Source of the DNA: a bacterium
GTDB taxonomy: Bacteria > Muiribacteriota > UBA6191
Direction: 5' to 3'
DNA: 49,624 nucleotides
NCBI GenBank assembly: GCA_036339875.1
Contig: JAYZAC010000156.1
Coordinates: 1 to 49,624, forward strand
Under the pieces are notes generated by a model, which saw only the letters and a list, made by a program, of their open reading frames with translations, was not told the DNA's origin and did not search any database. How positions within the stretch are numbered: the first letter of the stretch is position 1; each line of letters begins with the position of its first letter. The position numbers and the translations under genes were made by a program. Positions 28,342 to 36,626 of the stretch are shown here, in pieces.

Positions 28342-30717
28342 ATGACTTCTGTAGCCAAAAGAATAATACCTTTTTTAACGGTGCTTGGTTTAGGTGTGAC
28401 GTGGCTAATCGCTTGGATACAATTCGTGGATCCTTTCCCAGACAGAGATTCGATTAATCAATTTTATTTTCCTTTTTTGAATTATCTCCAGGCTTCAAAA
28501 TTACTATCTATAGATACTGATTTTTTGATTAATAATTCCTTTTCCACAAGTTATCCAACGGGTGGTGCCATTTTCCCGTGGCTTATATCCAAAATAAATG
28601 CTCAGAGTTTTTTTATAAAAAATCCATTCTATATCTTCTTAATCTTATTACCCTTTATAGCCTGCGTACCTTATTTCTTCAAAACCAGCGTCAAATCTCG
28701 GTTACTAATCGGAATATTAATTTTAGCTCTACCTATGACTCAATTATCATTAAAAGGTTTTTCTCTACAGGGCTTCAATGTAGTTTTTTGTCTCATCGCT
28801 ATTCTTGCTTTTCGTTCATATTTAGCCCGCCGTCATTCGTCATATCTAATAGTTTTTATCATTTGTTTTTGGCTTGCAATAATTCCCAAGCATTTAGGCG
28901 CATTCTATTTTGTAAACTTCTTAATGGCCTATTTAATATGGGTCTTTCAATCGAACAAATTAGATCTAAAAGTAACCACTGCACTGCTAGTAATTACTCT
29001 AATCAGTATACCCTTTTACAACATCGATAATTTGCAAACCTACTTGATCAATGTGATTACTCATAACCCATACCTAAGTGTAAGTACTTTTTTTATTATG
29101 GGAGGTTTAATTTTTATTGCTGGGACCTTGCTTCTTATTACTGTAAATAGAAAGTCGACACTACTAACTTTACCTAAGCTTAGTAATGCTCCTTTATTAA
29201 GTTGTGTTCTACTTTGCTTCGCAACATACCTTACCACGGTTTCCTACGACGCAAAAATTGGGAATCAAGATGTTGTTCTATTTTTTATATTGGGATACGG
29301 CTTATTGAGCTTCTTTTTATTACGATATAAAACCGGTACAACTCGCGGTTTCATATTATTATTTTGTGCCATAACTTATGTAAACTCTACTTTACTTTTC
29401 TGTTCAATGATAGGTAAAACTTTTTACAATTTTTTCTTACCTATAATGCTTATTTCGATACTGGAATTTAAAGAAACTAGAAGCTTTCAAAACAAAATTA
29501 TTTTCATCATAATCACTATCCTGATTTCTAATTTTTTCCCCTCAATCGATGCAATACAAAAACTAATGGGAGAGCGAGGAGAGAATATTTATATCAACGG
29601 TTTTAATGCCGTTTATGTAAATCCATTAGGCTGGGAAAAGTGTCAAATTCCAAAATTAAGGTCAAAATTAGAAAAAGTCTATTCTAATTCAAAGTTTGAG
29701 AGCGAAAGTAGTCTTTACATAGCTGAAAAACTTCATTTTCATACAAAGCTAGCTCTTGAATTTCCAGTCAATTACTTCTTTCCATTCCCATCAATTTATC
29801 GACTAGATAATTTACCACCAGACAGAATAAAAGTACTGCTAGATAAATATCGAAAAATCGGTGAAGAAATGTTTTCTCAATGGCTTGATGAAAACAAAAT
29901 TGAATTGTTATTGATTGGTCAAAAAAATTTCACAAGCTTTGTAGGTGATCCCCCAAATATTGATTCTCTTATCAAAAAAGATTCAGCTGATTTGAACGAT
30001 ATAGCTAGATCTATAAGTAGAGAATTCCTTAAATTCCTTGAACAAGGCGAATACCTTCCCAGATATTACGATTGCCAGTTATTACCACATCAAAATCCAC
30101 GATTAAAAGTCTGTATATCAAAAAAATTAAAAAAGAAAACAGTTGTTGAAAATCGCTGGAATCGTCATTTATCAGACCTCGCTAGTCGTTATGAGATGAC
30201 TCAAAGAAGACCGCTTCCCAACTGGATTACTAACTTAGATGATGAAAATCGTATGCGACTTTCACAAAAACGAGCTGGTGCAATTTATGACGAACTCGAA
30301 AAAAACGAAGTAAGATTATCTAAAACTAAAATCTATGCAAAACTCCGCAAAATAATTGAACTAGACCCTGCACATGTGGGTGCACTGGAGGATATCTTAG
30401 CCCTACAAGAAAAGCTTACTAAAAAAGATTGGATTCTGTTGAGTAAAAAATATCAACCTATTGATTCAAAAGCTTTGGAAGATTCGCTGACCTCAGTTAA
30501 AACAAATAACCAAAATCCAGAATTTGAATTGTTAAAGGTCCTCACAGATGATCAAAAAGCGCATCATTTATTTATTCTCAGCAACCGCTACTTTCATACC
30601 GATCCAAAGCACTGCATGAATTTATTAAAACAAGTATTGAAATTTAAACCTAATCACTCTGAAGCTCAGAAAGATCTGATCGTCTTAAAAAAACGAATCC
30701 AAAGTTCAAAGAATTGA
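28342..30717 (+). CDS. GT-C-like/TPR membrane protein (paralog 7)
   Basis: VDPFPDRDSINQFYFPFLNYL (identical to paralog 6), YPTG, KHLG, HNP, SNFFP, VNPLGW, LHFHT; two TPR-like units. Confidence 0.6.
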   Translation: MTSVAKRIIPFLTVLGLGVTWLIAWIQFVDPFPDRDSINQFYFPFLNYLQASKLLSIDTDFLINNSFSTSYPTGGAIFPWLISKINAQSFFIKNPFYIFLILLPFIACVPYFFKTSVKSRLLIGILILALPMTQLSLKGFSLQGFNVVFCLIAILAFRSYLARRHSSYLIVFIICFWLAIIPKHLGAFYFVNFLMAYLIWVFQSNKLDLKVTTALLVITLISIPFYNIDNLQTYLINVITHNPYLSVSTFFIMGGLIFIAGTLLLITVNRKSTLLTLPKLSNAPLLSCVLLCFATYLTTVSYDAKIGNQDVVLFFILGYGLLSFFLLRYKTGTTRGFILLFCAITYVNSTLLFCSMIGKTFYNFFLPIMLISILEFKETRSFQNKIIFIIITILISNFFPSIDAIQKLMGERGENIYINGFNAVYVNPLGWEKCQIPKLRSKLEKVYSNSKFESESSLYIAEKLHFHTKLALEFPVNYFFPFPSIYRLDNLPPDRIKVLLDKYRKIGEEMFSQWLDENKIELLLIGQKNFTSFVGDPPNIDSLIKKDSADLNDIARSISREFLKFLEQGEYLPRYYDCQLLPHQNPRLKVCISKKLKKKTVVENRWNRHLSDLASRYEMTQRRPLPNWITNLDDENRMRLSQKRAGAIYDELEKNEVRLSKTKIYAKLRKIIELDPAHVGALEDILALQEKLTKKDWILLSKKYQPIDSKALEDSLTSVKTNNQNPEFELLKVLTDDQKAHHLFILSNRYFHTDPKHCMNLLKQVLKFKPNHSEAQKDLIVLKKRIQSSKN

Positions 30718-30802
30718 ATACCTTACCTCTAATTAAGCGAGTAACCCAACGGTATAAAAATACTAATTACCGAGAAGCACACACCTGCTAATTAAATCGA
30801 TT

Positions 30803-31633
30803 TTATTGAACAGGTACCTCAAGAAGAAGTCTAAATCCAAGATCATCTTCCCGCGATTCTGGGTGCTGACCACCACGAGTGGCACTCCTTAAGTAATCAG
30901 GCGTTTTCCACCAACTTCCACCTCTTTTACGACGACTTTCACCTTCTTTTTGACCTATTGGATCTACTCTAGGGTCTGCTGAATAACCATCTTCACCTTC
31001 AGCATCAATATCATTGACCCATTCCCAAACATTCCCATACATATCGTACAATCCCCAAGCATTTGGCTCTTTCTGAGCAACAGGATTCGTCGTCTTCTTA
31101 GCATTTTCTAGAAACCACGCATAAGAATCTAGTTTTGAAGGGTCATCTCCAAAATAGTAAGCTGTAGTTGAACCTGCTCTTGCGGCATATTCCCACTCAG
31201 CTTCCGTAGGTAAGCGATAGGTTCGCGAAGACTCTATTTCCTTCATTTTTTGCAAGAATTTCATAATATCGTTGAAACTTACATAATAAACAGGGTGATT
31301 CGGACCCTCACCATAGGGACCATCATCACCATAAGAAGAATTCTTTTTCCAAGAGTCTGCGCCCATTACTTTATCCCATTGCGATTGAGTTATTTCTGTC
31401 TCTGAGAGGTAAAAACTTTTTGTTATAGTCACCTCATGCTGCGGTAATTCATGAGATTTCGTATTCTGATCCTCTTTTGTGGACCCCATCAAAAATTTTC
31501 CAGCTGGTATTAGCAAAAATTTAATTCCCAAAGAATTCACCAAGATTTTCTCTGGTTGTTTAGCACTAACGGGAGATTGGTGAAGTGAAATAACGAGCAA
31601 CGCAATGAAAGAAAATTTTAGAGATGATTTCAC
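30803..31633 (-). CDS. Secreted FGE-sulfatase (SUMF1-like, C-type lectin fold) domain protein
   Basis: IPAGKFLMGS, ExPQHEV, TEITQxQW, RLPTEAEWEYAARAG, PNAWGLYDMYGNVWEW, RGGSW, LGFR; signal peptide; AAAGGA RBS. Confidence 0.9.
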   Translation of the reverse strand: MKSSLKFSFIALLVISLHQSPVSAKQPEKILVNSLGIKFLLIPAGKFLMGSTKEDQNTKSHELPQHEVTITKSFYLSETEITQSQWDKVMGADSWKKNSSYGDDGPYGEGPNHPVYYVSFNDIMKFLQKMKEIESSRTYRLPTEAEWEYAARAGSTTAYYFGDDPSKLDSYAWFLENAKKTTNPVAQKEPNAWGLYDMYGNVWEWVNDIDAEGEDGYSADPRVDPIGQKEGESRRKRGGSWWKTPDYLRSATRGGQHPESREDDLGFRLLLEVPVQ

Positions 31634-31739
31634 TTATGTTTCCTTTTAATAGTCTGTTTGAAGTTCGTCCATAAATAGTATCCCAAACTCGCGTCAGTTG
31701 CACAAGCAATTACAGCTTAGTCTTGCCTATTTACGATGT

Positions 31740-32825
31740 CTACAACTTACAACATCGAGCACAAGCCGGTGACATATTTGCCTTAATTTTACCCCTAAAA
31801 TTCTGATAAGCAGGACTGTTCCAGATAGTCTTGATACTTTTTTCTCTAACGTTACCAAAAGGCTCTTGTAAAAAATGACAGGACTTCACAGTTCCTTCAG
31901 GATATAAGTATGTTGAATGCCATATGAAGTGACAGGGGCGTTTACTCTTAAACTCTTTTGTATACCAATTCTTTATTTCATAATCACTCAATTGTGGAAT
32001 CATTTGAAAGGGAATGGAGAAATCTTTGAAACGATCAGATGTAACATCTGCTCCAACCTTTTCCATTGGTAAATCCATACGATAAGAATATGCCTGATTA
32101 GTTTGAAAGCCTGCCGCAGAAGAGTAATCTGGATAATTCTCAATCTCCTGACTGGTGAGATAATTGAGATGTGTAAATTTCACAGCTCTTATGGGAAAAT
32201 CTCGAAAATCATCTTCAAATTCTCGTAGTCTATTTATAAAACCAGGTGTCATTGGGCAGTTCAAATAGATAGCCGTATCAGGTAAAGCATTATTGAACTT
32301 CCTAATATTTGTTTTTAATAATTCGTAGGCACCTTTCTTTTTTACCTCACGGTCATGGTCCTCACGTACACCAAGAATTGAAAACGTGATACTACCTAAA
32401 CTACCCGGACTAAGCTGATCTAAAAGTTTTTCATGAATCAGAAGTCCGTTAGAAACAACTGAAGATCTCATTCCCAGATTCTTAATTCGATCTAATATTT
32501 CAGGTAAGTCAATTCGAGCAAATGGCTCTCCTCCTGAAAAATGCCAATCAGGACCGAAATGAGCACAATCGTCTATTAAGCGATAAATCTCATCTAGACT
32601 CAACTCTCCTTTTTTTGAAGTCGTAAGAGCATCTGCCGTATGACAAATATCACATCTCAAATTACATCGTAAGGTCACCAGAAAATTAATAATTTTGGGG
32701 TATGAAATTGTTCTATTTAAAAGAAACGCTTCTAAGGGATAATAACCCAATATCTTAAGGATAGTAGAATCGCGGATAAAGTCGCGATGGAAACTAGCTT
32801 TTTTAAGATGTTGCCAATATGACAT
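31740..32825 (-). CDS. Radical SAM protein with C-terminal SPASM/Twitch domain
   Basis: CNLRCDIC, SGGEP, SNG; C-terminal CHFIW...PEGTVKSC...FGNV...IWNS...CARCC. Confidence 0.9.
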   Translation of the reverse strand: MSYWQHLKKASFHRDFIRDSTILKILGYYPLEAFLLNRTISYPKIINFLVTLRCNLRCDICHTADALTTSKKGELSLDEIYRLIDDCAHFGPDWHFSGGEPFARIDLPEILDRIKNLGMRSSVVSNGLLIHEKLLDQLSPGSLGSITFSILGVREDHDREVKKKGAYELLKTNIRKFNNALPDTAIYLNCPMTPGFINRLREFEDDFRDFPIRAVKFTHLNYLTSQEIENYPDYSSAAGFQTNQAYSYRMDLPMEKVGADVTSDRFKDFSIPFQMIPQLSDYEIKNWYTKEFKSKRPCHFIWHSTYLYPEGTVKSCHFLQEPFGNVREKSIKTIWNSPAYQNFRGKIKANMSPACARCCKL

Positions 32826-32931
32826 TTACATGGCCTCCATCAACAATTTAACATGCTTTGACGCTTCTTAAGCATTATGCTGTGTAATATAAAGATCTTT
32901 TAAGCCTCTGCTTAGTATATACTATTTAACC

Positions 32932-34434
32932 ATGCGCCCTGTACTTAAGCGCCCGATATGCACCGAAATTGAAAAACCCTGCTTAAATGGTTCTTTAAAG
33001 GGCTTGAAAGTCCTTTTAGTATTTCATTCTTTTAAGAATGATACAGATACACTTGCGTTTATCAAAAATGTGAGGCATCTGGGAGTTGTTCCACCGCTAA
33101 ATCTTTTATATATCTCAGCATGGTTAAAGTTGCACGGTGTGCAAACTGAACTTTTAGAATGTAGTGCTCGCAATCTAGACTGCCAAGCTGCTATTGAAGT
33201 TGCAAAAACAAAAGAGTTTGACTTCATCTGCTTTACATCTACCAATCTTGATTTTCTCTTCGTAATCGAATGGATTCGTGCATTTTATGCCGAATTTAAT
33301 AAACCAATAATGGTTGGTGGTCCTGGTGCAGAAAATTATCCAGCAGAAATTGCTCAATATGATCAAATTCAAGCGGTATTTCATAGTCCTGCTGAAGCCT
33401 GTATGGTTCCCTGGCTCAAAGCTTTCGTTGCTAATAAAGAGTGGTGGAAAGTCCCGGGAACAGCATGTAAATATCAAGATAAAGTCTACTTAAATGAGTC
33501 TGTGGCTCTACCGAGGAACTTTATAAGGCCTCATCCTGATCGATCGGTACTAGATATGTCTCAGTACTATTCGATTCTTTCTAAGGGATTTCCATTTACA
33601 GCTGGAATGTCGTCTTTTGGATGTCCGTATGGTTGTAAATTTTGTCAAATAAGATTGAGTCCATTTTTTATACGTACTGCCGAAGACCTAATCGATGAAC
33701 TGGAAATTTGCGAAAAAGAATATGGCATCAAAGAACTTGATTATTTCGACTCAAATTTTACTGTACCAAGGCAGAGAGTTTTTCAATTTGCTGAGCTTTA
33801 CAAGCAAAGAAATCTATCTATTAGATGGTCTTGTCGGGTAAGGTCCGACCAAATTGACGAGGAACTACTCAAAGCTATGGCATCGATAAATTGTGCTTGG
33901 ATAGGTTACGGTATTGAATCTGGCGATGATACAGTACTTAAGAATATCAATAAGACTCAAAAGGGCTCTGAACATATTAGAAGTGTAATTCGAATGACAA
34001 AAGCTTGCGGAATCGGAGTAACCGGTTTCTTCGTGTTAGGTTTACCCGGCGAAAGTGAGCAGAGCCTAAAAAACACGTTAGACCTAATAACTGAAGAACC
34101 AATAGATTACGTTCAAATATCTCCCTATTGGCCTATACCGAATACTCCAATTTACGATGATCTAGTAAAGAGGACGGGTATCGATATATGGAAACTTTCT
34201 ATTACGCAGGGTATCAGACAAGAAGACTTAAAACTTGAAAATACTCATTTCTCAGTCAAAGATATGCACAAATATGCCTCTATGATTTATAAAGAATTTT
34301 ATTTCCGTCCGTCCCAAATAATTCAAATGACCAAAAGCATAAGTAGTTACACTCAATTTAAGAATTATTTTAGCGCAGGAATGGATGTCCTAAAGGGCGT
34401 TTTATTGGATAATAATTCTTCTCGTTCTAAATAA
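32932..34434 (+). CDS. Cobalamin-binding-domain radical SAM protein (class B methyltransferase-like)
   Basis: PPLNLLYISAWL and MVGGP (B12-binding domain), GCPYGCKFC, DSNF, GIESG, GFFVLGLPGE, PIPNTP. Confidence 0.9.
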   Translation: MRPVLKRPICTEIEKPCLNGSLKGLKVLLVFHSFKNDTDTLAFIKNVRHLGVVPPLNLLYISAWLKLHGVQTELLECSARNLDCQAAIEVAKTKEFDFICFTSTNLDFLFVIEWIRAFYAEFNKPIMVGGPGAENYPAEIAQYDQIQAVFHSPAEACMVPWLKAFVANKEWWKVPGTACKYQDKVYLNESVALPRNFIRPHPDRSVLDMSQYYSILSKGFPFTAGMSSFGCPYGCKFCQIRLSPFFIRTAEDLIDELEICEKEYGIKELDYFDSNFTVPRQRVFQFAELYKQRNLSIRWSCRVRSDQIDEELLKAMASINCAWIGYGIESGDDTVLKNINKTQKGSEHIRSVIRMTKACGIGVTGFFVLGLPGESEQSLKNTLDLITEEPIDYVQISPYWPIPNTPIYDDLVKRTGIDIWKLSITQGIRQEDLKLENTHFSVKDMHKYASMIYKEFYFRPSQIIQMTKSISSYTQFKNYFSAGMDVLKGVLLDNNSSRSK

Positions 34435-34485
34435 CATTACTACTGGAAACTTGTAAATTACGCTCAAAATACTCATAATTTCTGG

Positions 34486-35391
34486 ATGAATATTAAAAAT
34501 TTTTGTCTAACCCCATCTTTTTTATTCTTATTACTATTTTTCAGCCATGCAGAAGAGAAGCCCGAATTGATAAACAATCCAATATCCGAAAATAAAGCAA
34601 TCGAATCAAATTCGGAAAAAGAAAAAATCACTGAAAAGTCTCAAAAGTCTACAGATGAGACCACGCAAGATACGCAGGACGAGCTGGCACCTTGGAATCT
34701 ACCGCCTACATTGACTGATAAATTTGGACTCGAATTCGTATTAGTCCAACCGGGGCAATTTTCATATGAATTCAAAGATGAAACGATAGAGTATCCTTTC
34801 TATCTCCAAAAAACAGAGTTATCACAAGAGGCTTGGCTTTTGATTACCGGCTCTGAAGAGTGGAAAAGTAGCCAACAATTTCGAGATAAGCCTGCTAAAG
34901 TAAGCCCATCTCACCCTGTAGTTTATGTCAATTTTATAGATATTCAAACTTTTATCAATGTGTTGAATTCCAAGCATGGCAAGCCTGATTATCGGTTACC
35001 TACGCAAGAGGAAATTGCTTACGCAACTTCCGCCGGCACTAGAACAAAATATATGACCGGAGACGATTATAGCGGGTTATCTCCCTACTGCTGGTATAAC
35101 AATAATTCCGATGACTTAAAAATGGTAGGAATTAAAGAATCAAACCCATGGGGTATTCATGATTTGAATGGAAACGCATGGGAATGGACTATGGAGAGAG
35201 GTGACGATTTCACTAAAAATTTTCCGCTACTAGAAGACGGTGAACCAAATCTACGTTTTAAACACGGAGGTTCTTACATGAGTGACCCTGTAGAATGTAG
35301 CTCTCATTACCAACAACCTATTCCCATTACCATGCGAGACGAAGATCTAGGATTCCGTTTAGTTCGAAGGGTCGTTGAAGATGAATTCTAG
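34486..35391 (+). CDS. Secreted FGE-sulfatase domain protein (divergent)
   Basis: YRLPTQEE, NPWGIHDLNGNAWEW, HGGSY, DLGFRLV; signal peptide followed by an E/K/S/T-rich linker. Confidence 0.82.
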   Translation: MNIKNFCLTPSFLFLLLFFSHAEEKPELINNPISENKAIESNSEKEKITEKSQKSTDETTQDTQDELAPWNLPPTLTDKFGLEFVLVQPGQFSYEFKDETIEYPFYLQKTELSQEAWLLITGSEEWKSSQQFRDKPAKVSPSHPVVYVNFIDIQTFINVLNSKHGKPDYRLPTQEEIAYATSAGTRTKYMTGDDYSGLSPYCWYNNNSDDLKMVGIKESNPWGIHDLNGNAWEWTMERGDDFTKNFPLLEDGEPNLRFKHGGSYMSDPVECSSHYQQPIPITMRDEDLGFRLVRRVVEDEF

Positions 35392-36549
35392 TCATCTGCT
35401 TTCTATGATTCTCTCGATTGCAAATTCAATTCGTGCAATCAATCTTAATTGCCATCTAACACTTTCAAAGATTCCATTCTGAAGATCTAATGATAAATCT
35501 TTGTAGCAACTGTGCTTAACTCTTCGCTCAAACCCCCTTGGTGCAATTAAAAAATCAAGGAATCTCTCATAGCGACCGTTATCCAAACTATCTTTAAACT
35601 TTTGGTTTAATCTTTTCAGTGTACTAACCTCGATCAATTTGATCTTATTTGGATTGAAATTATTATTTTCAACTATCTCCGAAATATATCCAAGAAGATT
35701 CTTGTATAAGTTACGTCTGAAAGGCAGGCCGTGTATAAGCTCTTTTAGCCTAATTTCTTTCCATAACCCAAGGCTACTACTACTTCGAGTAATCAAAAGT
35801 CGTTGAAGATCACCAGGAATCCATTTAGAGCCGAATCTATTGAAGAATTGCTTAAGTATCTTCTTCTCCATATTCAACCACTGTTGCCAATCTTCTAATT
35901 GAGTTACAACGTTTCCGTCTTCAACTGAGTCGAAATCTTGTATTGATTCAAGAGCATATAAGAGCGTACGAGCTGGATTTATAAGAAAAGACTTTCTATT
36001 CACATGCAAATGATTAAAATCAACTTGACGCCTTATTAACGACATTTTCCTGCTCATCTCAAGTAATAATGTGCTTTCAGAAACTGAATTATTGTCAATT
36101 CTATTGTGACAATAAAAGTCTAACCCGGTTAAATGAACTAAATGCTCATGATGTCGCGATTGGGCAGAACCTGACAGCCATATCATGGGTCGATCTTTCT
36201 GCTTTGAGTCATAATTATTCAACATTAAATTCAATGCTTGGCGAGTTTCTTCAGACTTTTCACATTCCTGAATTAAATTCGTATTCTGAATTTCCCAATT
36301 GGGTAAGAAGGTGAGTTTAGGATCTAATTTGAGATATTTTTTCTGATCCTCGATTAAACTAAAACTAGGTTGTAGTTCAAAGGTATCCATTTGAGAAATG
36401 GATTGAGTGCTGCGAAAATACAAATAGACTGTGTTGTAAGCAAATTGAGGCATCAACCAAAAAACAATAATAATTGCACTAACCAGTCCGCAAATAACTA
36501 GCAGTGCATTTCCTTTTCGATTGAATTTTGTTAGTGCAGCAGTGTTCAA
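35392..36549 (-). CDS. Hypothetical protein with N-terminal membrane anchor (prepilin-like start)
   Basis: 385-aa ORF with AGAGG RBS; RKG-NALLVICGLVSAIIIVFW hydrophobic N-terminus; no recognised domain. Confidence 0.55.
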   Translation of the reverse strand: MNTAALTKFNRKGNALLVICGLVSAIIIVFWLMPQFAYNTVYLYFRSTQSISQMDTFELQPSFSLIEDQKKYLKLDPKLTFLPNWEIQNTNLIQECEKSEETRQALNLMLNNYDSKQKDRPMIWLSGSAQSRHHEHLVHLTGLDFYCHNRIDNNSVSESTLLLEMSRKMSLIRRQVDFNHLHVNRKSFLINPARTLLYALESIQDFDSVEDGNVVTQLEDWQQWLNMEKKILKQFFNRFGSKWIPGDLQRLLITRSSSSLGLWKEIRLKELIHGLPFRRNLYKNLLGYISEIVENNNFNPNKIKLIEVSTLKRLNQKFKDSLDNGRYERFLDFLIAPRGFERRVKHSCYKDLSLDLQNGIFESVRWQLRLIARIEFAIERIIESR

Positions 36550-36626
36550 AGCCTCTGTAGTTTAATCCTATTCAGTACATCATTCAATCAATGCTTAAAT
36601 TTTGAGTGTATTTGAAACTTTGTCAA

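Noticed and set aside
7502..30717. Canonical O-antigen/capsule cluster or anti-phage defence island
   Set aside because: No soluble GT-A/GT-B glycosyltransferases, flippase or nucleotide-sugar genes, and no nuclease, NTPase, TIR or SIR2 motifs were recognised.
30803..32825. Sulfatase maturation system (FGE plus anSME-like radical SAM)
   Set aside because: The FGE proteins lack the catalytic cysteines, the radical SAM lacks a full two-cluster SPASM cysteine set, and no sulfatase gene is present.
30803..35391. Diversity-generating retroelement, since FGE/C-type-lectin genes are typical DGR targets
   Set aside because: No reverse transcriptase, and no adenine-variant template copy of either 3' end was seen in the window; remote targeting cannot be excluded.
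7502..36549. Prophage or mobile island
   Set aside because: No integrase, transposase, phage structural gene, tRNA border or flanking direct repeat was noticed.
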